Below are positions 57,231 through 64,000 of a DNA stretch of 64,000 nucleotides, one piece after another (within the stretch, counting starts at the first letter, position 1; each line of letters starts with the position of its first letter). Made by a program: the position numbers and the translations under genes. Origin of the DNA: a virus; UHGV virus genome UHGV-2025275. One strand, given 5' to 3'. A model generated the notes under the pieces. That model saw only the letters and a program-made list of their open reading frames with translations. It did no database searches and had not been told where the DNA came from.

Positions 57231-58466
57231 TTAACCGAAGATCTTCTGAACCACTTCACGCGCTGCCTGTGCAGACGTGGATGGAAGTTTATTGATAAAC
57301 GACTTTTCGATGCCGGCAGAGAAATCACCGCGCATCATTCCGATTTTTGCGGACAGCAGCAGCTCGCGAGGGCCGATTGGCTGGCTGATCAGATGCTGTT
57401 CATAACCTTCACGGACAAGGTTCGCGAATTTCACCATCTTCTCGGCGTATTCGCGGATAACACCAGCCTCAGCCAGCATGTTGACTTCAGCCTTAGTGCT
57501 CATGTACTTCACGTTCGAAACAATGCCGAAGCGCGAGAAGTTCGCCGCGTTCTGGATGTTCGTACCTTGATAGAGACCCGTTTCGTCGCCAGAGCCGTTA
57601 GTGTTGCCAGTGCCAATGAAGGCAAAGCGTTTATGCGGAGTGATACGGCGCCAGTCCGGAGTTGCCTCTTTGATGATCAGCGGCTCTCCTTCAAGAACTG
57701 GCTGGTACACACCCAGAATCTGCGGGAACGCGAAGTCATATTCATCAGCGAGGTACACCCAGCCATTTTTCATCGCCAGCGCCAGCAAACCAGGCTCGAA
57801 GTAGGTGGAACCATCGCGAGCGAGGATCTGGCCTGTAACGTGTGCCTCTTCCATAGACGCCGTATGCTGTGCGCGGATCAGTGGTCGATTCAGCAGGGCG
57901 CATAGCTGCGTAGGAAGAGAAGATTTACCGGTTCCTGCATGGCCCCAGAGATAGCCTGGGATTCCGATTTCCAGCATCATGAAGATGTCTTTAATCAGGT
58001 CGAAGTCGCCATACACATAGTTCTTCTTCGCTTCCGGTACGAACTCCGGATATGGCGTGTTGACGTTGACTGTCACCTGTAGTGGTTTTCCGCGTGGCGT
58101 TCCCAGCTCTTTGATCGTTACGCCAAGCAGCTCGTGCGCGGCCACCAGTTCGGTCTTGTATTCGACCGTTCCTGCGTAGCCCGGATGTGCGCTAATGTCC
58201 GCCACTTTTCCTTCACCTGAATGCTTTTCGGCACGCTTCTCATTGAGTTTGGCCAGTGCCGTGCGAGAGATCGTTGGTTCATCCGGAAACGCAGTGGTGT
58301 ACATTTTCACCACCTCGTCCACGTCCAGACCTTTCGCGGACTCAGGAATGTTCTCGCAGCGGCCCATAGAGATATGGGATTTCAGGTAATGAAAGGATTT
58401 GCCACACCACTTGCAGACGATGGCTTCCGGCAAATGTTCTTCTTGCTGTAGTGCAGTAGCGGTCAT
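57231..58466 (-). CDS. AAA+ ATPase of the MoxR/CobS-like family
   Basis: Walker A LWGHAGTGKSS. Walker B VYLADEYD. N-terminal Cys cluster (CKWCGKSFHY). Confidence 0.6.
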   Translation of the reverse strand: MTATALQQEEHLPEAIVCKWCGKSFHYLKSHISMGRCENIPESAKGLDVDEVVKMYTTAFPDEPTISRTALAKLNEKRAEKHSGEGKVADISAHPGYAGTVEYKTELVAAHELLGVTIKELGTPRGKPLQVTVNVNTPYPEFVPEAKKNYVYGDFDLIKDIFMMLEIGIPGYLWGHAGTGKSSLPTQLCALLNRPLIRAQHTASMEEAHVTGQILARDGSTYFEPGLLALAMKNGWVYLADEYDFAFPQILGVYQPVLEGEPLIIKEATPDWRRITPHKRFAFIGTGNTNGSGDETGLYQGTNIQNAANFSRFGIVSNVKYMSTKAEVNMLAEAGVIREYAEKMVKFANLVREGYEQHLISQPIGPRELLLSAKIGMMRGDFSAGIEKSFINKLPSTSAQAAREVVQKIFG

Positions 58467-58562
58467 GTGTTTTTCCTTACTGTTTGTCGTTCGTGGGGTA
58501 TATCTTATATAAATATATTAGACTGCATAGTAAGTGATTACTTATTTTTACGGGTAAATCCA

Positions 58563-60935
58563 TTACCCAAGAATGATACGAGATAGTTCTGTGACGACTG
58601 ACGGCCCTAACTCTTCTACGCTGTTTACCAGTGCGTAATTTTTGTAGTAACGCCGTGGTGCGTCGGTCAGAACGCCGATAGCCATCAAATCGATGTCACT
58701 CAACGTCTCAATTTCTTTGGTGACGGTTCGCAAATGCTGATGGAACCCGTCGCCTGCAGCACATGGCGCCCCGTCGCTCATAACCAGCATGATCTTCTTG
58801 TCCTCCATTCGCCCTGCAAACAGAGTCGCCAGCTGCGCGACGCTCTCACCATCGACGTTATTGAGCAGGGGGAATGTCTCACACACGCAGCCCATGCGGG
58901 CGCGGATCTCTGGAGAGTTGGCTTTCTCATTCCAGTTTTTGATAATGGGCAGCATTAGCGCCTCGAAACGAGTAAACCCGCGCTTCGATATGGTTTCATA
59001 ATCTGGGCTACCAAACGTGGTAAAGCCGGTGATGATGTTAGGCACATTGATACGATCCAGAGCATCCGCAATGGTGTAGGCGCTTGCGATTGCCAGCTGA
59101 ATCTTCCTGCCGCCCATTGAGCCGGACAAGTCGATCACCTGCTGGACGCACGCGTTCACCGCTCTGTGGTCTTCTTTCTTGCGGAATACGCGGTCGTCGT
59201 TCATTGCCAGACGATACAGGTTCGCGCCATGTATCCGCCCACGTCTCTGGCCTGGGATAAACTGAACTCGGTTGCGGCTGGCGATAGCTCGCTCCAGGTC
59301 TTTGGCCAGAGTCGAAGAAACGCCTGCTGACAGATGTTTTTCGATTTTCAGTTCAAAGAGCTTTCTGCCTTCCGGAACCATGCGGTAGCGATCGACCGGT
59401 GAGTGCATCGGGATTGCGCCGAACGTCTTTCTGGTGCGCTTTACATGCTCTTCAGCCTCATCAATCAACCCGATAAAGTCGTATGAACGATCGTATGGGC
59501 GATACTCAGAAAGTGAGGTGCTCATAAGCTCTTTGCTGATGGTGGCCGACAGTGCGTCTTCGGTCATTTCGCCTGTTCCGTCTTCCATCTCGTCGAGCGC
59601 CTTGAGTGCGTCCTCCAGAGTCATTTCATCCGGAGCAGGAACAAAGCCTGACTCACTGTCTTCAGGCGCTTCCGCAGCATCCTCATTTTCTTTACCTTCG
59701 CCGTCTGTTTGATCGGCGGCATCATCTTCCTCTTCGCCTTCTCCTTCCGACTCCCCGTGACCGGCATCGGAGTCTTCGCCGTCATCACTATCACTATCCC
59801 CATCGCCAGCGGCGCCAGAGCCATAACCATCGGAGTCATCGGCGTCTTCGCGAATGCCATCACCAGGCGTTGGAGAGCCAGTGTCATCACTACCACCTTC
59901 GTCATCAGAATCACCTGATTCCATGCCGGCATCATCGGATTCTGAGGTGTCTCCTGATTCCTCTTCGCCTGCTTCTGTATATTTACTTTCTGTATCACTA
60001 ATTTCTTTATCTTCTGTAGGTAAGTTCTTATCTACTGATTCAGGCAAATCAGAATCCCCAGACTCTTCCTCTTCTGAGGCATCATCTTCTTGCTCTTCCT
60101 TGTCGTCGTCTTCGCCTTTGGTACGCTTTGGTGCTGATTCACTATGAGTCGGTTCGTCACCGGCTTCTGGGGTTTCCTCTGACTCATCCTCACTCTTCGA
60201 CGGCTTCCTAGCAGACGATTTAAGCTCTGGTAATTTGCCCTCTGGCTTGTCTTTCATATCCTGCATGATTTGGGCGATAGCAGCTGCTACCTTCACGCAG
60301 TCTTCTGTGTTCGACATATTGCGAACGGCCACGTCGATACCATGCTCTTTGAGCAAGGCCACAGGCTTCTCGATGAGGTGCCAGTGTTCTTCCATAAAGT
60401 CGATGAAAGGGCTTTGGCCATCCCAGGCGCGAACGACCGGGCAAAGGAAGAATTTCAGGAACAATTCACGCTGGTTGCCGTGGCAGATTGAAACCGCCTC
60501 TGAAACTTTGCCCTTGAAGTATTTGTCGATCACCACGTTCTGTGTGGCCAGCAAATTGCGACGAGTTCCGTTGAATACCTGTCCCATTCTGCGTTCAATA
60601 AAAACGTCTTCCAGCGCGTTCCAAAGCCCGGTAGACGGAGCCTTTCCTTTCTCGCGCATCTTCATTGCGACTTTCGGATCAGTAAAGAGGATATGGGCTA
60701 CCTCATGGTCGAGAAAACCACGTACTGCGTTCATGAGGGTTGGTGACGCGTCGTCCGGTATAGATGGGATGTTTACCAGCACTGGTTCGCCGCGCCGGTT
60801 GTAGCGGACATATGCTTCATTACCTCGCTCTGCAACAGGTATCTGTTTGCCTGATAGCATCGCTACAACTCGTTTTACGCAGTCGCGAAAGTCCTGTACC
60901 TCTTTCAGCACAGATCTGGTCATGGCTTTGGACAT
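58563..60935 (-). CDS. vWA-domain protein (CobT-like partner of the AAA+ ATPase) with HExxH motif and long acidic linker
   Basis: C-terminal MIDAS VIDLSGSMGG. N-terminal FLDHEVAHILF. ~200-aa Asp/Glu/Ser-rich low-complexity segment. Start at ATG 60935 (ORF track 61004). Confidence 0.55.
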   Translation of the reverse strand: MSKAMTRSVLKEVQDFRDCVKRVVAMLSGKQIPVAERGNEAYVRYNRRGEPVLVNIPSIPDDASPTLMNAVRGFLDHEVAHILFTDPKVAMKMREKGKAPSTGLWNALEDVFIERRMGQVFNGTRRNLLATQNVVIDKYFKGKVSEAVSICHGNQRELFLKFFLCPVVRAWDGQSPFIDFMEEHWHLIEKPVALLKEHGIDVAVRNMSNTEDCVKVAAAIAQIMQDMKDKPEGKLPELKSSARKPSKSEDESEETPEAGDEPTHSESAPKRTKGEDDDKEEQEDDASEEEESGDSDLPESVDKNLPTEDKEISDTESKYTEAGEEESGDTSESDDAGMESGDSDDEGGSDDTGSPTPGDGIREDADDSDGYGSGAAGDGDSDSDDGEDSDAGHGESEGEGEEEDDAADQTDGEGKENEDAAEAPEDSESGFVPAPDEMTLEDALKALDEMEDGTGEMTEDALSATISKELMSTSLSEYRPYDRSYDFIGLIDEAEEHVKRTRKTFGAIPMHSPVDRYRMVPEGRKLFELKIEKHLSAGVSSTLAKDLERAIASRNRVQFIPGQRRGRIHGANLYRLAMNDDRVFRKKEDHRAVNACVQQVIDLSGSMGGRKIQLAIASAYTIADALDRINVPNIITGFTTFGSPDYETISKRGFTRFEALMLPIIKNWNEKANSPEIRARMGCVCETFPLLNNVDGESVAQLATLFAGRMEDKKIMLVMSDGAPCAAGDGFHQHLRTVTKEIETLSDIDLMAIGVLTDAPRRYYKNYALVNSVEELGPSVVTELSRIILG

Positions 60936-60987
60936 GAGAATTTCCTTGTTATTAAAACAATTTGTTTTCTGATGTGCGTAATTTATC

Positions 60988-61053
60988 ACTGTACGAACAG
61001 GCAACTAAGCTGTTCGTACAGGCATCTAAGCTGTTCGTACAGGCATCTATAGG
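60988..61053. repeat. three tandem 21-bp repeats with dyad-symmetric cores (operator-like)
   Basis: CTGTACGAACAGGCAACTAAG / CTGTTCGTACAGGCATCTAAG / CTGTTCGTACAGGCATCTATAGG. Core CTGTTCGTACAG is near-palindromic. Immediately upstream of class-1 motif 60951-60988. Confidence 0.6.
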
Positions 61054-61065
61054 CAGGAATGTATT

Positions 61066-61278
61066 TTAAATGGTTCTCACGGCAAGGGAGCCGCAACCGG
61101 TATTGATGAGAGTGAAATGTTTATTTTTTAGCTCAAAAGTGAAAACCGTCGTATCAACCATCTCCACGGGAAGCTCTTCAGATTCTAGTTCTGTCAGGAT
61201 CGTCGCGACGCCATCCAGTCCAATCGCATATGCGTGTCCAACCTCAAGGGCGGTCAATTTAGAAGTTATATTTTTCAT
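61066..61278 (-). CDS. hypothetical small protein
   Basis: 70 aa ORF. Confidence 0.3.
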   Translation of the reverse strand: MKNITSKLTALEVGHAYAIGLDGVATILTELESEELPVEMVDTTVFTFELKNKHFTLINTGCGSLAVRTI

Positions 61279-61541
61279 TTCATATCATCCAACTGAACAC
61301 ATTTGAAAGTTCGGCAATACTACTACCTATTGTATCAATATGGAATGCACCTATATCAGATACGTCTTACTTTTTTCTGTAAGCGAATGGTGACAAATTG
61401 CTTAAAAACCATAGTATAATGGCGGTACACCGGGGTTTTGTGCCTATCGAAATTAAATAGATAAGTCTTTACAACCCTGGCCTTTGCTGTAATATCAGTA
61501 AGCACTTACCAGAGATAAACAAAACACGCAAGGTTCACTAC

Positions 61542-61928
61542 ATGGCTACCAACGAAACAGAGATCAAACAAGGTCGCTACGCAGCTTACATTGACTCGTT
61601 AATCACAATCTCGCCTAAAAGTCAGGCTACCATTGCCAAAGAGGTTGGGTACAAGAACGCCAACAACCTCTCCCTCATCAAAAGCGGCAAAATCCCACTT
61701 CCAGTCGATAAGGTTCGAGCTTTAGCCGAAGCACTGGAGGCAGATCCGGTTCGACTGATGCTGATGGTTCTGGAAGAACGTCATCCTGAGCTGCTTGAGT
61801 TTTTTCGCGAAGAGGGCACTGCACCTCTCTCCGCTGATGAAAAACTCGTTCTAGAAGCGTTCCGTAACCGTTTTGACGGTCAACAGGGTGCGTCAGAAAA
61901 GGTGGTAGAAGCCATCAAGTCACTGTGA
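61542..61928 (+). CDS. XRE-family HTH transcriptional regulator (cI/Cro-like repressor candidate)
   Basis: HTH SQATIAKEVGYKNANNLSLIKSGK. sigma70-like -10 TATAAT at ~61417 upstream. Confidence 0.55.
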   Translation: MATNETEIKQGRYAAYIDSLITISPKSQATIAKEVGYKNANNLSLIKSGKIPLPVDKVRALAEALEADPVRLMLMVLEERHPELLEFFREEGTAPLSADEKLVLEAFRNRFDGQQGASEKVVEAIKSL

Positions 61929-63026
61929 GAAATTTACACGAATAAGCTCCGTGGCTAGACGATCTCCCTTGAATTTGTGGTCTATCTCGTCTAAGTCTGT
62001 TTGATTAACGATAGATGCGATGTACGTTGAGAAGTTATTCAAGGCGTCTCGCATCTCATCCATATAATCGTGGCGATCATAGACGCGATCTATCCCTTCA
62101 AGACTGTGGTTCATAATCTTACGGGCCACCTCCTGATTAATCCCCAGAGCAGGGAAATAACTACGCGCTGTACGTCTCAGATCGCGTGGGGTGAATGACT
62201 CAACCTCCATCAACTCAGGTCGTTCCAGTATCCTTCTCAGTGCCTGGGCAATGGCCACCTTAGACATTGGCGTATCCACGCCCTTCTTCTTATTCGAAGG
62301 AACGAGCCACTGGCTGCCTTTCCCGTACTCAAACAACTCTTCTACGCATTGGCGCATCAATGGGCTTAACGGCAGCGCGTGCTGTCTGGCCGATTTGTTT
62401 CGCGTACCTTGATTCCATACATCACGTTGAAGGTTGAACTCATCCTTTCTGGCCCGGAGCACTTCATCGGGTCGTCTGGCGGCGACAAGACAGAGCCTGG
62501 CCGCCCACTTTGTGCCTTCGCACACATTGAAGTAATCCCAGACGTTCCAGAATACCCAGACCTCGGCGTCGGTCAGCTTACGTTCTCGCGGTACTGGCTT
62601 CGCGCCACCGGCAACTTTATTGAGCGACATATCATTCAACGGCGATGTATTAATCAGCCCCTGAAAAGCGCACCAGCTCAGGAACTGTTTCATTAGGGAG
62701 AATACGCGTCTGCCCTGGACGATCTTACCTTCCAGTATCAGTGGGTTCACCAGTTGGTTGACCAAGACCCTACTTATATCACTTACCTTTACTTCAGAGA
62801 TATGCGGCATTACATGTATCAAAACACAATGAACGGCTATTTCAGGTCGACGTCTCGTTATCAGTAAAGATAAGCGAGTGAATAACATGAAGGCGGAAGA
62901 AAACGACATGTCTCCGTCGAAATTGGCGGTCGACACTGCCGACAAACCGGAAGCGCGTTCGAGGTACTCGATGGCTTCCCGAGAGGTGTTTTCTGCTGCG
63001 CGTGCTTTATCAAAGGTGTTTTTCAT
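61920..63026 (-). CDS. tyrosine site-specific recombinase (resolvase/integrase family)
   Basis: C-terminal catalytic region LRRTARSYF...MNHSLEGIDRVYDRHDY (R...HxxR...Y). 368 aa. Confidence 0.65.
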   Translation of the reverse strand: MKNTFDKARAAENTSREAIEYLERASGLSAVSTANFDGDMSFSSAFMLFTRLSLLITRRRPEIAVHCVLIHVMPHISEVKVSDISRVLVNQLVNPLILEGKIVQGRRVFSLMKQFLSWCAFQGLINTSPLNDMSLNKVAGGAKPVPRERKLTDAEVWVFWNVWDYFNVCEGTKWAARLCLVAARRPDEVLRARKDEFNLQRDVWNQGTRNKSARQHALPLSPLMRQCVEELFEYGKGSQWLVPSNKKKGVDTPMSKVAIAQALRRILERPELMEVESFTPRDLRRTARSYFPALGINQEVARKIMNHSLEGIDRVYDRHDYMDEMRDALNNFSTYIASIVNQTDLDEIDHKFKGDRLATELIRVNFSQ

Positions 63027-63125
63027 CGTCCACTCACTGAGTGAAACCTTTTACTGTATGTATGAACAGTATATTAGGCTTAAGTTTTTGTATGATCAAC
63101 CATAAAATAGCCTGTTTTGTACAAT

Positions 63126-63152
63126 GATTCCATACTTAATAGGTATGGAATC
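63126..63152. repeat. lox-like dyad site: 10-bp perfect inverted repeats with 7-bp spacer
   Basis: GATTCCATAC ttaatag GTATGGAATC, 100 bp upstream of the recombinase start. Confidence 0.6.
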
Positions 63153-63198
63153 ATTTAAGGCTGGAAATTTAAATTCTGAGATTTTATTAGCGTGATTG

Positions 63199-63609
63199 TC
63201 ACGGATTAGTGAGAGCTTGAAATGCGGCGGCGTATGCAGCGATATCGGCCATGATTTTTGGATCTTTCGCATACTGATGTGCATTGCCCGGGAAGATTGC
63301 TAATAGACTATACACATCTTGGAAATGTGCATGTTGACTGTAAACGAGTGCGCGGTCGCTTGTGCAATTGAATCTGTTGCGGCTGCTGGTTCGTTCTTGC
63401 TTCGTGAACAAGAGATGAACGTGATAAACGCGGGAGGACACGATAGCACCCGGAGCCGTATACGGGCCATCTTTGCCTAATACGGCTGGGCACATGCCTT
63501 GTTTAAGCGACGTGAAATCGTCGAGTAACGTGATCTTTAAGTCAGGCTTTATATCGAAGGTCGGCTGTAAAAATTGGGCGTAACTATCACTGTTCCATGT
63601 GACCTTCAT
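63199..63609 (-). CDS. hypothetical protein (possible type II toxin, weakly YafO-like)
   Basis: 136 aa. Downstream partner of a 109-aa ORF with a 10-nt gap. Weak similarity to YafO-type toxins (HVHL segment). Confidence 0.3.
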   Translation of the reverse strand: MKVTWNSDSYAQFLQPTFDIKPDLKITLLDDFTSLKQGMCPAVLGKDGPYTAPGAIVSSRVYHVHLLFTKQERTSSRNRFNCTSDRALVYSQHAHFQDVYSLLAIFPGNAHQYAKDPKIMADIAAYAAAFQALTNP

Positions 63610-63618
63610 CGTTCAACC

Positions 63619-63948
63619 TCAATGGAATGAGAAGTTGGCGAAGACGTCCTCATCAATGAGGCCTGTCTGCGATTCGATGACGTCTACGTCGTTAAAACAC
63701 TGATTTAAAATCAATAGCAGATCAGAGATAGCCAAACGATACTCAGTTACAGAATCGCTCAGGCGCTTCAAGTATGGATGAGGTTGCTCAGAGTCACGAA
63801 TCAACTTGTTAACGAATCCCTCCAAACCACGAATGGTCAGGTCAACGTTCTTCAGTTCTTCGTAACGGCTTTCACCGAAGCTGCTGCGAATCTTTTCCGC
63901 TTTCCATCCAGAGATGGCATTAGCCAGGCGAACGTGTTTCGCTGTCAA
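63619..63948 (-). CDS. hypothetical protein (possible antitoxin partner)
   Basis: 109 aa ORF immediately upstream of 63199..63609 on the same strand. Confidence 0.3.
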   Translation of the reverse strand: MTAKHVRLANAISGWKAEKIRSSFGESRYEELKNVDLTIRGLEGFVNKLIRDSEQPHPYLKRLSDSVTEYRLAISDLLLILNQCFNDVDVIESQTGLIDEDVFANFSFH

Positions 63949-64000
63949 TTCTGCGAGTTTGCTTTCGATCTCTGCCAGCTGTGCCGCATCGCTGTTCTCT

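Overview
The window reads as one contiguous ~64 kb piece of an enterobacterial phage or phage-plasmid genome (GC about 50%). Nearly every gene is on the minus strand.

Recognisable modules, in order:
- Packaging: terminase small and large subunits at 0.3-2.2 kb, followed by the start of a further gene that runs off the window edge.
- A T4-like replication, recombination and nucleotide-metabolism set: SF2 helicase, class Ia ribonucleotide reductase NrdA/NrdB, thymidylate synthase homolog, dihydrofolate reductase, dNMP kinase, MazG-like NTP pyrophosphatase, DnaQ-like exonuclease, RuvC-like resolvase, SbcC/SbcD-like nuclease, RecA/UvsX-like recombinase, gp32-like ssDNA-binding protein, RNase H/flap endonuclease, and a DnaE-type DNA polymerase III alpha subunit.
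- A P1-type plasmid replicon at 42.8-45.1 kb: DnaA box, GATC heptamer cluster and 5-6 direct iterons (present as two tandem copies), then repA, then 13 or more downstream iterons in both orientations (incA-like).
- Two adenine methyltransferases (one Dam-like), a tyrosine recombinase with a lox-like dyad site, an XRE repressor and a possible toxin-antitoxin pair.

Two conserved intergenic motif families punctuate the genome. One is a ~37-nt promoter-like motif with 15 copies, always just upstream of minus-strand genes. The other is the palindrome TAGGTAAGTACTTACCTA, with at least 16 copies.

Unexplained or potentially novel content:
- A five-gene operon next to the terminase encoding two paralogous ParB/Srx-fold proteins, a compact soluble ABC-type ATPase and two unknowns.
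- A 1.5 kb ORF-free, strongly strand-skewed region (GT-rich on plus, CA-rich transcript) with degenerate ~100-130 bp tandem repeats, driven by two copies of the promoter motif.
- A low-GC island carrying a GmrSD/BrxU-like type IV restriction enzyme (DUF262-DUF1524) preceded by 900 bp of non-coding DNA.
- An embedded overlapping gene pair next to a holin-like gene.
- An AAA+ MoxR/CobS-like ATPase plus vWA/CobT-like (HExxH) pair in an operon with dnaE.
- A pair of inverted ~100-bp complex palindromes 23.5 kb apart.

All calls are from reading the sequence. No database searches were run.
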